This document shows, piece by piece, positions 18,061 through 28,712 of a stretch of DNA of 64,000 bases (position 1 is the stretch's first letter; every line of letters begins with the position of its first letter). This DNA is from a virus: IMG/VR virus record IMGVR_UViG_3300036832_000855, positions 32,001 to 96,000 of that record; one strand, 5' to 3'. The notes below the pieces were generated by a model that worked only from the letters and a program-made list of their open reading frames with translations, was not told the origin of the DNA and searched no databases. Made by a program: the position numbers and the translations under genes.

Positions 18061-19224
18061 TCACGTCTTGATCAGGTACGTCGCGGCGACCCAGGGCTGC
18101 ATCACGTTGTGCGCAGCGCCGCCGCCGTCGTTGTTGATCGGGTGGGTGTGGCGAGTGTTCGCGCCGCCCGACTGGGCGCTCCACGTGTGGGTGTGGTTGG
18201 CGCTGATCCCACCCGTCTGGGCGCTGAACGAGTGCGCGTGGCGCGCGGTCGCTCCACTGGTGCCCGATCCACCGCCGATCGTTGCGCAACCCTGCCCGCC
18301 GGACTGGGTGACGGGCGAGTTGCTCGGGGACAGCGCCAGGTTGTGCGCGTGGTCCGGGCTGTCGGTCCCCGTGGTACCCGAAACGGCGTGCGAGTGATCG
18401 CTGCTCACGTAGCTGGTGGTCCCCGAGCTGTAGTGCGAGTGGTCGGGCGTGTCGTTCCCGGTGCTCGCGCCGTGCGCGTGGACCGGCATCTCGGCGTTCG
18501 CGAGCAGGTGGGTCTCCTCGCCGCCCTTGCTGGCGAGCACCCGGCTCGTCAGGCCCGCACCCTGCCCGGCGCCGATGGGAGCGCGGCCACGGAAGTCTGG
18601 AAGGGCAAACGTGGTCGATCCATCGCCTTGCCCCCACGGTGAAGTAGTGCCGCCAAGCGCCGCGTACAGCGCCGGAAAGGTAGTGCGACTCACCGTGGAG
18701 CCGTCGCACACGAGCCATCCGGCAGGCGGGGTCTGGCAGGCGGTCAACTTGATGTCCCCGGGCTGCCAGAGCTGCGCGCCGTCGACACCGCCGTCCACGA
18801 GCTGGCGCAGGTTTGTGATGCGCGTCCCATCGAAGATCGCCTCGCCGATCTTGCGGTAATGCGGCGTCGCCGGGGTGCCGGTCAGCAGCGCCGTCAGCGC
18901 GAACGTGTAGTCGGTCGAGTCGGTCTCGGGCGGCGGCGGCGTCGGGTTGGTCGCGAACGAGTTGTTGCCGGTGGTCGCGAAGATGCTGTAGGTCCCGGCC
19001 GCGCCGGTGACGGTCGTCTGGACGGTCGCGGAGACATAGCGCCACAGGCCGTCGATCCCGAGCGACACCTGGGCGTTACCGACGCCCGCGGCGATCTGGA
19101 CCTGATTGGAGCCGATCTGCGTCAGGAACAGGTTGCGGCTGCTCACACCGACAAACTCCTGGAGCGCGTCCAGGAAGTCCTGCGGGATCGGACTGCCGTA
19201 GCTGAGCTGCCGGTGCTTGCTCAC
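18061..19224 (-). CDS. Tail fibre with tail-collar domain and HxH needle
   Basis: PAGWLVCDGSTVSRTTFPALY...TFALPDFRGR; repeated HxH; HNVMQPWVAATYLIKT end. Confidence 0.85.
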   Translation of the reverse strand: MSKHRQLSYGSPIPQDFLDALQEFVGVSSRNLFLTQIGSNQVQIAAGVGNAQVSLGIDGLWRYVSATVQTTVTGAAGTYSIFATTGNNSFATNPTPPPPETDSTDYTFALTALLTGTPATPHYRKIGEAIFDGTRITNLRQLVDGGVDGAQLWQPGDIKLTACQTPPAGWLVCDGSTVSRTTFPALYAALGGTTSPWGQGDGSTTFALPDFRGRAPIGAGQGAGLTSRVLASKGGEETHLLANAEMPVHAHGASTGNDTPDHSHYSSGTTSYVSSDHSHAVSGTTGTDSPDHAHNLALSPSNSPVTQSGGQGCATIGGGSGTSGATARHAHSFSAQTGGISANHTHTWSAQSGGANTRHTHPINNDGGGAAHNVMQPWVAATYLIKT

Positions 19225-20336
19225 AGGGTGCCTCCGATGTTCGTGATGCCGACGAAGAAGCCATCCGAATACCCCTCGGTGATCGCCAGGTGCGCGGGCG
19301 TGAGATCGCGGATGAACGGCCAGCCGAAGCCCGCGTACGCCTGCGGGATCTTGATCGAAACCGTGTTCGCAGGTGGGGAGTTCGTCTGGGTGCTGGAGCT
19401 GTTGCCTGGCGTGCCCGTCCAGGTGCCGTTCAGATCCCCCGAGAAGTAGGCGGGGGCGGTTGCCCCGAGCAGCGCGAGTGCGGAGTCGACGTAAACGGTC
19501 TGCGCAGGGGTCACCGTGAACTGGATACACGCCGTGACGTTGGTGCGGTTCGCGGTCGGCGTCCACGTCGTCGTGTACCGCGTCCACGCGGTCGTCAGCA
19601 CATTGTTGGCGCTTGTGCCGAGATCGCCGCCGACGCCCAGGATGACGGCTGCTCGCTCACCACCAGCGTTGCCCTTCAGGTAGACCGCGAACGTGTACGT
19701 GACCCCTGCGGTGAAGGTGCCCGGCAGAAGTACCTCAGCGCCCTCGGCAGCAAGCGAGCCGTTCGACACGATCCGCATGGTGTTGTTGCCCGACTGCGCC
19801 GCGCCGGTCTGGCAGGTGAGGGCTGCTCCGACGTTGTTGAAGTTGCGCGACGCCGCCCACGCAGCAGGCGCCGCGCCGACCGTGTCGTGCTCGAAGCTCG
19901 GGTTCGGGATGAGGTTCGTGTAGTCCGTCGCCGGGTTGTGCTCCTGGTAGGACCAGCTCGTGCCGAACAGCGCGGTGATGCTGGCCTCCCAGTCCAGGCC
20001 GCGCCCCTGGCCCTTGAGCCGCCGCATGGTCGCGAGCGCGAGCTGCTGGCGGGCGGCGAGCGTCAGCCCGGGCGGGTTGATCGGCAGGCCGAGGAGCTGC
20101 TCGAACATCGGCAGCAGCGCGTCGGCGCTGGCCGGAAGGAAGTTCAGGATCACTGCCTGGCGTGCCTGTTCGAGCCGCAGCAGCTCGTTCGCGACGACCT
20201 CCAGGACCGTCTGGACCTCGTAGGCCGAGCGTTCGAACGGCGGCACCTCGCTGAGCAGATCGGCCGGATCCTCGTCGACCTGCGCCATGGTGCCGGGGCC
20301 GAACACCGCAAGCGGATCGGTCACGGTCACCGACAT
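19221..20336 (-). CDS. Baseplate wedge protein (gpI/XkdU-like) with inserted carbohydrate-binding module
   Basis: ADALLPMFEQLLGLP...; NLIPNPSFE...YVDSA insert; PAHL C-terminus; follows gpJ. Confidence 0.7.
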   Translation of the reverse strand: MSVTVTDPLAVFGPGTMAQVDEDPADLLSEVPPFERSAYEVQTVLEVVANELLRLEQARQAVILNFLPASADALLPMFEQLLGLPINPPGLTLAARQQLALATMRRLKGQGRGLDWEASITALFGTSWSYQEHNPATDYTNLIPNPSFEHDTVGAAPAAWAASRNFNNVGAALTCQTGAAQSGNNTMRIVSNGSLAAEGAEVLLPGTFTAGVTYTFAVYLKGNAGGERAAVILGVGGDLGTSANNVLTTAWTRYTTTWTPTANRTNVTACIQFTVTPAQTVYVDSALALLGATAPAYFSGDLNGTWTGTPGNSSSTQTNSPPANTVSIKIPQAYAGFGWPFIRDLTPAHLAITEGYSDGFFVGITNIGGTL

Positions 20337-20340
20337 GGGC

Positions 20341-21825
20341 TCAGCCGTCCGTCAGGGTCACGGTGCCCAGTTGGGCCACCTGCGGCGACGCGCCCGCCGC
20401 GAGCGCGATGTCGTTTACGGCACCGTTGACGAGCAGGTTGTTGACCTTGTGCACGCCGGTGACGAAGAAGGCTGCCTGCACGTGCTCGTAGACGATCGTG
20501 TCGCCAGGCTGGAGGCCTTGCAGGTAGGTCGCGAGCGCGGTCATGATCGCCTGCCGGGTCGCGATCGTGTTGCTGGTGCCGTCGAGCGTGTAGCCCTTCT
20601 CGGGGACGACCGTGGCCGAGATCGTGACCGTCAGGATCGCGGACGTGACGACGGTTACCGTGGCGCCGATCGGAGCTTGACCCTGCCCAAGCCCCGGCGT
20701 CGGATCGAGGAACTGCTGAAGCGTGGTAACGACACTGGCCGTGACCGGCGTACCGTCTGCGTTCATCGCGACGACCAGCACGGTTCCGGCGCCGTTCCAG
20801 ACCGGGATCACCGCCGCCCGACCGACGCCCTCCGACGCCGCCCAGCGCCGGTAGTCGGTGACGTTGCCGCCGCCCGACGTGCCGACGTACTCGCCGAGGA
20901 TCCGCAGCCGGAAGTCGTCGTCGGATTCCTCCTCCTGACCGCCCTGCATCGCACTCGGGTTGAAGACCGAGATCACGGTCGGGAGGACGGTGTCGAGCGA
21001 CGTGACCGCATTCGCAGCAACGTTGCTCGCTGTACCCGGCGTGAGCGCCTGCGCTGCCAGTGTGATCCCCGACGTCGTGTTCGTCGTCGGCTCGATCACG
21101 GTCGTGTTCGGCGAGACAGCGCCCGTGTCCGCGTAGGTCAAAGCGGTCACCGAGGCGAGAAGCTGCCCGGTCGACTGCGCCGTCTGCGTGACGTACACGT
21201 TGTAGGAGGTCGCGCCGCTGACGGCAGTCCAAGTGATCGTGTTCCGAGACGTCGTGCCCGTGTTCACGACCGACACGTCGGCGGAGCCGGTCGTCTCCCC
21301 GAACGCGTTCAGCGCCGTCACGTGGTAGTAGCGCGTGCCCGCGGCCAGCGTGCCGCCCGTGGTGGCACCCGCGACCGCCACGCCGGTGGGCTTGGGCAGC
21401 GACGCCGACGACGTCCCGCTCGCGGTCGTCTGGTAGCTCTGCACGTCGCCGGTCAGCGGAGCGACGGCCGACGCCTGCGTTCCGGCAGCGATCAGGGTCG
21501 GCGCCGACGCAAGGAACGTCAGCGAGCCGACGGCTGACGTCGCCGGGTTGCGCGTCAGCCCGAACGTGGTTCCGTGCTCGTCCAGGTAGTCGCCCCACGC
21601 GGTCGACGGGAACGCCGCGGCGATCGTCTCGGTCATCGCGTCCCACAGCCGCGCGCACTCCATCGCGGGCGGTTGCGTCATGTCCCAGTAGAACGAGCCC
21701 TCGCGAGTGTCCACCCAATCCGGGTCGTCGGTGGCCAGCCCGGCGTTGGCGTCCTGGTCCATCCGGGCCCGGACGCGCGCGAGCGTCTCGGAGAAGATCT
21801 CGGTCAGGTCAGTGACGTCTGTCAT
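20341..21825 (-). CDS. Baseplate J-like protein with inserted FN3-like domain
   Basis: DTREGSFYWD, AWGDYLD..., GGQEEESDDDFRLRI, GGNVTDYRRWA. Confidence 0.9.
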   Translation of the reverse strand: MTDVTDLTEIFSETLARVRARMDQDANAGLATDDPDWVDTREGSFYWDMTQPPAMECARLWDAMTETIAAAFPSTAWGDYLDEHGTTFGLTRNPATSAVGSLTFLASAPTLIAAGTQASAVAPLTGDVQSYQTTASGTSSASLPKPTGVAVAGATTGGTLAAGTRYYHVTALNAFGETTGSADVSVVNTGTTSRNTITWTAVSGATSYNVYVTQTAQSTGQLLASVTALTYADTGAVSPNTTVIEPTTNTTSGITLAAQALTPGTASNVAANAVTSLDTVLPTVISVFNPSAMQGGQEEESDDDFRLRILGEYVGTSGGGNVTDYRRWAASEGVGRAAVIPVWNGAGTVLVVAMNADGTPVTASVVTTLQQFLDPTPGLGQGQAPIGATVTVVTSAILTVTISATVVPEKGYTLDGTSNTIATRQAIMTALATYLQGLQPGDTIVYEHVQAAFFVTGVHKVNNLLVNGAVNDIALAAGASPQVAQLGTVTLTDG

Positions 21826-22349
21826 GTGATCGGGATGTTGCTGAATTCGAGAGGCTGGGTCTGCAACGGCGGCGCGCCGTCCACGATCACTGTGAACGAT
21901 GCGTAGAGCACCTCGTCAAACGGATCTTGCGAGAACCCGAAGCCCTCGACGGCCACGATCCGGTCGTGCACGAGGAGGGCCTCGGTGAGCCCGTCCTCAT
22001 ACGCGGAGAGCAGCGCGTCGTCGGCCTGCTGGCCGATCAGCGCGTCCGGCTCCTCAACGCCGTACTGGTCCGAGTAGATCGGGTGCGCGTACCGGGCTGT
22101 GCGCGCCGTTTTCTCGATCCACATGATCAGACTGTCCAGCTCGTAGGTCTCCTGCGGCGCCGTGCCGTCCTTGACGAATTGCCCGGCGACGAAGTCGAAC
22201 CGCCAGCTCTTGCCGAACGGGATCGGCGCGTCCGGATCGGTGTCGACCACGGGTGCGAGCGCCGCGTCGAGCTGGAGGTCCGGGTTGATCAGTCCAGGGT
22301 CGGGCGGGATCAGGTCGTAGCCGAGTGAGTCGGGCTCGATGATGCTCAT
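21822..22349 (-). CDS. Baseplate protein (gp25/DUF2634-like)
   Basis: WIEKTARTARYAHPIYSDQYGVE...EALLVHDRI. Confidence 0.8.
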   Translation of the reverse strand: MSIIEPDSLGYDLIPPDPGLINPDLQLDAALAPVVDTDPDAPIPFGKSWRFDFVAGQFVKDGTAPQETYELDSLIMWIEKTARTARYAHPIYSDQYGVEEPDALIGQQADDALLSAYEDGLTEALLVHDRIVAVEGFGFSQDPFDEVLYASFTVIVDGAPPLQTQPLEFSNIPIT

Positions 22350-22705
22350 GACGTCTCAGGCGGCTCGTTGAACCACAGGATCGTCGGCTCCCCCGTGACG
22401 AGCGCCGCCTGCTCGGCCTGCGCCTCGATGGACAGGTCGGTGCTGACGGCGAAGGTCTGGGTCTCGGCGATATCGAGCGCGTGCAGATCGCCGTTGAGCG
22501 CAAACGGCAGGTACGCCGCAGCCCGCTGGATCGCGTCCTCCTCGTGGTCTGCCGCGACGATCACGGCGTGAACCGGCGTCACGTCCGGCTGCGGGATCAC
22601 CCCGATCGGGACGCCCGGGTCCAGGCCCGTGTCCGGCAGCGGCGGATACCCGCCCTCTGGCGGCGGCGGCATGGGAACAGACGCGAACACGATGTATCTG
22701 GGCAT
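22346..22705 (-). CDS. Hypothetical protein
   Basis: SD AGGAG; coupled. Confidence 0.6.
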   Translation of the reverse strand: MPRYIVFASVPMPPPPEGGYPPLPDTGLDPGVPIGVIPQPDVTPVHAVIVAADHEEDAIQRAAAYLPFALNGDLHALDIAETQTFAVSTDLSIEAQAEQAALVTGEPTILWFNEPPETS

Positions 22706-22714
22706 CGCTCACTC

Positions 22715-23437
22715 CTAGATCTGGATCGTTTGGACGGTCTCGGCCGCGACCCCGTCGTCGTCGGTGACCGCCAGTGTCACGTCGTAGCTGCCGAACTTCG
22801 TGAACGTGTACATCGGCGTCGGACCGGCATCGAGCAGCTCGTCGGCTCCGAAGCTCCAGTCGTAGCGCGCAATCGGAGTCGCGCCCGGCGTCGAGGAACT
22901 CGCGTCGAACTGAACCTGGTCGCCCTTCTGCGGCTCGGTCGGCGTGAACGTGAACGCGGCGACGGGAGGCGACGGCTCGACGTCAGGCGGCGGCGGCTCA
23001 ACTGGCGGCTCGTCCGGTGGCGGCTCCTCCGGTGGCGCTACCGACGACGCTGGGGGCACTCCAGGCGCCATCGTCGGCGGGAACACCTGCAAGGCGCCGC
23101 GGATCAGCAGGTTCACCTGCTCGGTCAACGCCCGGACCTGCTGGTTGATGGTGGCCGTCGACGCGTCCCGAGCCCTGAGGAACATCTGGTTGGGCCGAAG
23201 GCAGTCGTGCAACTGGTCGCGTCCCGCCTGGCGAACCTGCTCCAGCGCCTGCGGCGCTCCGGGCGAGAACGTCTCGCCGTCGTACGTGTACCCCGGCTCA
23301 GGTCGCGGGTCAGCGTCAGTCGCATTCACGAAGGCGGGCGCAACCATGTGCGGCGGGATCGTGTCCGAGCCGTAGTCGTACATCGTGACGACCACCGCCG
23401 GGTCTTGCGTTGCGTCAAGTTCTGCAATCAGTGTCAT
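22715..23437 (-). CDS. Fibre-associated protein with Pro-rich linker and C-terminal PKD domain
   Basis: PPVAAFTFTP...FDASSS...YDWSFG...GSYDVTLAVTDDDG. Confidence 0.75.
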   Translation of the reverse strand: MTLIAELDATQDPAVVVTMYDYGSDTIPPHMVAPAFVNATDADPRPEPGYTYDGETFSPGAPQALEQVRQAGRDQLHDCLRPNQMFLRARDASTATINQQVRALTEQVNLLIRGALQVFPPTMAPGVPPASSVAPPEEPPPDEPPVEPPPPDVEPSPPVAAFTFTPTEPQKGDQVQFDASSSTPGATPIARYDWSFGADELLDAGPTPMYTFTKFGSYDVTLAVTDDDGVAAETVQTIQI

Positions 23438-26400
23438 CCGACCCTCCTGGGCTTCGCCTTGATCCATCCGTTTGCGTAGTTCGCCGCGTTGGCGGCGTTG
23501 TTCCAGACCATGAGCGACAAGACTTGTGCGGCGGTGAGATTGGCGAATACTTGCTCCCTCACCATGTCGCCCCCGCCCCACAGCGCAGTTGCCACCGACT
23601 GCGCGGCGACCCACCCGGTCGGCAGCGCACCATTCACGCCGACCGCCGTCTGAAGGTTGACCTGAGCGCTGACGGTCACCTGGCCGAAGCATCCCCACGT
23701 GACGTCATAGTCGCCCGGCAAAGGAACGGTGATCGTTGGCCCGCCACTAAGCGCCACCGCCGACGTCGATGAAGTGCCAGTGGAACCCGAAGGACCAGCT
23801 TGCATATCTGAGCCGCCAACAAGCTCCCACTTGTGCGTCGAGGTCGACGCCGCCCGGTACTTCAGGTGCCACACCACCCCGTTCGTTTGATCGGCCACGA
23901 AGTAGAACTCCTGCCCGTCGACCGGGTTCGACGGCAGCCCGGAGCTGGAGACGAGCGGAGTCGTGACCGGCAGCGGCGCGGGGGCCTGCGTGAGCAGAGA
24001 GACGGAGAGGAAGTTCTCGGTGATCGGTATGCCAACGTCGAGCGCGGTGCCCTGCCCGCTGTAGCACCACAGCTCGATGTAATCGCCTGCGTTGCACTGA
24101 ACCTTGTCACTAACCGCCGCCCCGTAGTAGTTCGCGACGGCGGGCTGGGAGTAGGCGCGAGACACCATCGCACCGTTCTTGTAGATCGCCACGAGAACGT
24201 TTGTGTAGGTGCCCGTAGCGCTGGCCGACGAGCCGAACTCCGCATCCACGGCGTAGACGCCAGCCACCGGGCAGACGTAGCGGCTATTGGCGATCTGGAT
24301 GCAGCCGCTCGGGTCGAACGAGACGGTGTCCACCGGGATCTTGGTGTAGGTGTTCGCTGGTGGCGTGTACGCGGCGTTGCGGTAGGCCCGTGCTGCGTAG
24401 GACGGTGCTGCGATCGGGGCGGTCCCGATCAGCGAGACGGACAGGTAGTTCTGCGACGGGCTTGCGACCACGGTCAGCGCCAGGTTGCAGTACGACCACA
24501 ACTCGATGTAGTCGCCCGCGTTGCACTGAATCTGGTCGCTGACCTCGCCGTATGCCGTGCCCCCTGACACCGGCGCGGCGATCGGCAGCGCCGACCACTG
24601 GGTGCCGTTCTTGTAGATGCCGACATAGCCGCTGGCTACGCCACCCGAGTTGTACCCGGCGAGCGCAGCGTCAACCTGGTAGTAGCCGCCGGTCGGGCAG
24701 ACGTACCGATTGTTCGCGATCTGAACGTTCCCGCCCGCGTCGAACCCAACGGTGTCGATCGGCACTTTCGCCCAGGCGTTCACGGTGGATTGCGTGAACG
24801 CTGCCGAGCGGTACGCCTTCGCCTGACTCGCGGGCTGTAGCGGCTGCTGCTGCACCGCCGTCGCCGCAACAAGCGAGACGGAGAGGTAGTTCGCGTTGTA
24901 CCCCGTCTGCAAGGGAGCGGTTGTACCGGCGTAGCCCCACAGCTCAAGTTTGTCGCCCGCGACACAGTTGATGATGTCGCTGACCACCACGGCAGGGAAA
25001 CCGCCCGCTACCGCGTCACTCTCACCCTGCGCGATGTTGCCACCGTTCTTGTATATGGCGGCTAGCACCCGCGTGGCTGCAGCCAACGGTTGCACCTGAA
25101 CCATCCCCGAGACCTCGTAGTAGCCAGCCACCGGGCAGACGTAGGAGCTGGGCGATACGCCAAAGTGGTTACCGGGATCAAACGGCACCGTGTCGACGGG
25201 GATCTTTGTCCACGTACCCGCCGTTATCGAGAACGCGCCATTGCGCCATGCTCGTGCTGCAGAGGTCGCGTTCAGGTTCGCCCCGGCGAGCGACCAACCC
25301 TGGTCGGTCCACGCCCCGCCGACCATCTGGAAAACCTCGCCATCGGACTGGCGTACGCAGAAGTCGCCGTTGTTGCCGGGGACCTGAGCGAGGGTCGGGG
25401 TGCCCGAGCCGTTGTACGTCTTCCAGCCCGCGCCGGGCGAGCCGCCCGTATCAACCTTGACAACCGAGAGGTAGTTGAAGGCCGAGCTTGTTAGAAGCGG
25501 GTCACCAACGCCCGAATAGGCGTACAACTCCACATAATCGCCCGCACTGAGCTGGAGAACGTCTGAGACGGTGACAGCCCAAGCACCGCCCGATCCCGGG
25601 ATGATGCGTCCCCCGTCTGTGCGGGCCGCACCATTTACGTTGATCTGAGCAATCAGCAGCGAGCCAGAAGCGGCGTTGGTCTCAACCTGACCTTCAACGT
25701 GGTAGTAGCCCGCAGTGGGGCAGACGTACCGCCCGTTCGCGATCTGGAGGTTGCTACCCGCGTCGTAGGTGACGGTGTCCACCGGGATCTTCGTGTAGGC
25801 GCCCGCAGACAGCGTCAATGCTGCGTTGCGGTACGCCCGCGCGGCCGTGTTCATCGCGTACTGGACGAACTGGCCCGTCTGGCCGACCATCGAGACGGAC
25901 AGGTAGTTGGTGACGGTAGCGACCTGAAGTGCGCCGCCCGTGCCGTAGCCCCACAGCTCCAGGTAGTCGCCAGCCTGGCAATAGATGATGTCGCTGACCG
26001 AAGACGAGTACGCGGTCGCAAAGGTGCCCGTCGCGGCCTGGGAGCCGTTCTTGTAGATGATCGCTTCGATGCTCCCCGTACCGACGCTGAGGTTGATCTG
26101 CCCGTCCACCTGGTAGTAGCCGCTCGCCGGACAGATGTAGCGACCGTTGGCGAGCTGGAAGTTGCCGCCCGGGTCGAACGACACCGTGTCGAACGGAATC
26201 TTCGTGTTGGTGCTCGCAGGCAGCGTGAACGCGGCACTGCGGTTCGCCCTAGCCTGCGTGACCGGCGCGACCCCGGCCGAGATCGACGAGACGAGCGAGA
26301 CGGCGAGGAACGTCTGCTGCGCGCCAGGGTTTATTCCTGCGATGGTGCTGTAGACGTACAGCTCAAGGTAGTCGCCCGCATTGCACTGGATGACGTCGGA

Positions 26401-28698
26401 AAGTACGGCGGTGCCGTTGACCACGTTAGATGTGAGTCCGGTGCCCACGGTGGCCACAGTGCCGTTCTTCTGAACCCAAATCTGGATGCTCTGGCCCGCC
26501 GCGGCCTGCTGCACAGAGCCCTCGATGTGGTAGTAGCCAGCCGTCTGGATCTGGATGCGGCCATTAGCGGTGCTGACAAGTCCAGACGTGTCGTAGCTGG
26601 CCGCGTCGAGCGGGATCTTCTGCCATGAACTCGCAGTGACCGACAGGGCGGCACTCCGGTACGCGCGCGCCGCTATCGCCCCGGTAGTCAGGCCGCTCTG
26701 GAGCTGCGCCTGCTGGCCGACCTGAACGACGGAGAGGTAGTTACTCCAGGTGCCGACTATGTTCATCGCGACGGCTGTACTCGCGTTCCAGGCGCCGAGT
26801 TGGAGATAGTCGCCCGCGTTGCACTGGATCACGTCCGAACCGACCGACTCTTGATTCACGGTTCCGACACCGCTACCCGTCGCCACCTGTGCGCCGTTCT
26901 TGAACAGCAGCGCTAGGCACGACGCGGAGCCGATGATGGCGAAGTTGCACTGGTAATAGCCAGTCACAGGACAGGTGTAGCGGTTGGTCGAGAGTGAGAA
27001 GTTCCCAGCGGGGTCGAAGCTAATGGTGTCAACGGGAACTGCCGCAGCGGTAGAGGCGGGAATCGTGTACGCAGCACCACGGTACGCCCGCGCTGCGCTC
27101 GTGACCGCCGGGCTGCTCGGCAGCGCCGACACCATCGAGACGGCGAGGAAGTTGCGCCAGGGCGTAGTCGATAGCGCTTGACTTGTGCCGCCCGGAGTCC
27201 AGACGTAAAGCTCTAGGTAATCACCCACGTTCAGTTGCAGGGTGTCGCTCAGCACGGCACCGGTCCCGCCCGAGCCGCTGGCGATGATGTTGCCCTCACT
27301 GCCCTCGACGCCATTTCGGTTCACGTAGATCTGCATGGACCCGGAAGTCATGCTTCCGGCCATCACCTCGGCGTCGATCTGGTAGTAGCCCGCGGTCTGG
27401 ATCTGGATGCGGTTATTCGCGAGCTGCACAAGGCCGCTCGTGTCGTAGTTGATCGCGTCGAGCGGAATCTTCTGCGCACCACCGGTCAGCGTGAACGCAC
27501 CGCTACGGTACGCCCGCGCGGCAACCGCCCCGGTGGTGAGGCCACTCGCGAGCTGTGTCGTCTGACCGACCATCGAGACCGAGAAGTAACAGCCGCTACT
27601 GCTCGGGTAGATCGGCTTCGCCGCTGCGTAGGTCCAGAACTCTAGATAGTCCCCGGCGTTGCAGAACACGATGTCGCTGACCGTTGCCCCGGCCTCGACA
27701 GGGTTGGCAGCGACCGTCGCACCCGACGCCGCCGAGGTGCCGTTCTTGTAGATCGCGGCGACGTAAGAGTCGGTCGTCGTGACATCGTTCACAGTGAACC
27801 CGGCGTTACACTGGTAGTACCCGGTGGCAGGCACGGTGTAGCGGCTGTTCGCCAAGTTGAAACACGCACCGGGGTCGTAGGCGATCGTGTCTACTGGAAA
27901 CTTCGTCCATCCGGTTCCCAGCGTGTATGCGGCGCTGCGCCATGCCCTCGCCTGCGTGACCGGCGAGACCGTCCCCGAGATCGAGGAGACGAGGGACGCG
28001 GAGAGGTAGTTGCTGGCGGCGTTGCCGGTGTACGTGTTGACGGCACCGGGCGAGTTCTGGAGCGCGTACAGCTCCAGGTAGTCGCCAGCGTTGCACTGGA
28101 CGACGTCAGCTACAGCCGCGCCGTAGTCCTGACCTGACGAGGTCGCGGCGAATATGCCGCCTGTAGTGACACGAACGCCGTTCTTGTAGATCGCCGCTAT
28201 GCACTCACCCGTCGCGCCCCCGGACGGCCCGCCGGACCATGCGCCCTCAACCTGGTAGTAGCCCGCGGTCTGAACCTGAATGCGACCGCTGGCGATGCTG
28301 ACCATTCCGCTCGTATCAAAGACGGTCGTGTCGACCGCGATCTTCGTCCATGTCGCACCCGACGGAAGGCTCACCGCCGCGTTGCGGTACGCGCGCGCCG
28401 CCACGGCCAGCGCCGGGATGCTCACGTCCGAGGAGTTCGCCCCCGAGTTGTCGACCGTCGTGACCCCAGCGCCCTTGAAGTTCAGGTTCGTCCGGGCAGG
28501 AAGGCTCGCGCCCTGGTTCTGAATCGTGTGCCCAGCACCGCCGCCGCCCCCGCTGCCCCCGGTCGCGGACACCCACGTAGACCCGTTCCACCAGTAGAGG
28601 ATGTTCGCCCCGGTGTCGTAGTACATCTCGCCATTCGCGGGCGACGCCGGGGCTCCAGCCAGGCGCGGCGGATGCAGGCGGCCAATGGTGTCGGGCAT
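23434..28698 (-). CDS. Giant fibre/adhesin with 10 tandem C1q/TNF-like domains
   Basis: Ten A(R/K)A(Y/W/N)R...D....D....GYY...KNG...GDYLEL...YLSV repeats; start MPDTIG after GGGAG. Confidence 0.85.
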   Translation of the reverse strand: MPDTIGRLHPPRLAGAPASPANGEMYYDTGANILYWWNGSTWVSATGGSGGGGGAGHTIQNQGASLPARTNLNFKGAGVTTVDNSGANSSDVSIPALAVAARAYRNAAVSLPSGATWTKIAVDTTVFDTSGMVSIASGRIQVQTAGYYQVEGAWSGGPSGGATGECIAAIYKNGVRVTTGGIFAATSSGQDYGAAVADVVQCNAGDYLELYALQNSPGAVNTYTGNAASNYLSASLVSSISGTVSPVTQARAWRSAAYTLGTGWTKFPVDTIAYDPGACFNLANSRYTVPATGYYQCNAGFTVNDVTTTDSYVAAIYKNGTSAASGATVAANPVEAGATVSDIVFCNAGDYLEFWTYAAAKPIYPSSSGCYFSVSMVGQTTQLASGLTTGAVAARAYRSGAFTLTGGAQKIPLDAINYDTSGLVQLANNRIQIQTAGYYQIDAEVMAGSMTSGSMQIYVNRNGVEGSEGNIIASGSGGTGAVLSDTLQLNVGDYLELYVWTPGGTSQALSTTPWRNFLAVSMVSALPSSPAVTSAARAYRGAAYTIPASTAAAVPVDTISFDPAGNFSLSTNRYTCPVTGYYQCNFAIIGSASCLALLFKNGAQVATGSGVGTVNQESVGSDVIQCNAGDYLQLGAWNASTAVAMNIVGTWSNYLSVVQVGQQAQLQSGLTTGAIAARAYRSAALSVTASSWQKIPLDAASYDTSGLVSTANGRIQIQTAGYYHIEGSVQQAAAGQSIQIWVQKNGTVATVGTGLTSNVVNGTAVLSDVIQCNAGDYLELYVYSTIAGINPGAQQTFLAVSLVSSISAGVAPVTQARANRSAAFTLPASTNTKIPFDTVSFDPGGNFQLANGRYICPASGYYQVDGQINLSVGTGSIEAIIYKNGSQAATGTFATAYSSSVSDIIYCQAGDYLELWGYGTGGALQVATVTNYLSVSMVGQTGQFVQYAMNTAARAYRNAALTLSAGAYTKIPVDTVTYDAGSNLQIANGRYVCPTAGYYHVEGQVETNAASGSLLIAQINVNGAARTDGGRIIPGSGGAWAVTVSDVLQLSAGDYVELYAYSGVGDPLLTSSAFNYLSVVKVDTGGSPGAGWKTYNGSGTPTLAQVPGNNGDFCVRQSDGEVFQMVGGAWTDQGWSLAGANLNATSAARAWRNGAFSITAGTWTKIPVDTVPFDPGNHFGVSPSSYVCPVAGYYEVSGMVQVQPLAAATRVLAAIYKNGGNIAQGESDAVAGGFPAVVVSDIINCVAGDKLELWGYAGTTAPLQTGYNANYLSVSLVAATAVQQQPLQPASQAKAYRSAAFTQSTVNAWAKVPIDTVGFDAGGNVQIANNRYVCPTGGYYQVDAALAGYNSGGVASGYVGIYKNGTQWSALPIAAPVSGGTAYGEVSDQIQCNAGDYIELWSYCNLALTVVASPSQNYLSVSLIGTAPIAAPSYAARAYRNAAYTPPANTYTKIPVDTVSFDPSGCIQIANSRYVCPVAGVYAVDAEFGSSASATGTYTNVLVAIYKNGAMVSRAYSQPAVANYYGAAVSDKVQCNAGDYIELWCYSGQGTALDVGIPITENFLSVSLLTQAPAPLPVTTPLVSSSGLPSNPVDGQEFYFVADQTNGVVWHLKYRAASTSTHKWELVGGSDMQAGPSGSTGTSSTSAVALSGGPTITVPLPGDYDVTWGCFGQVTVSAQVNLQTAVGVNGALPTGWVAAQSVATALWGGGDMVREQVFANLTAAQVLSLMVWNNAANAANYANGWIKAKPRRVG

Positions 28699-28712
28699 CG
28701 GTGTCGCTCTCC

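Noticed and set aside
18001-18642. + strand ORF starting right after CGACCGAGGA
   Set aside because: The GTG overlaps the SD with zero spacing, lies beyond the terminator, and is an antisense shadow of the tail-fibre gene
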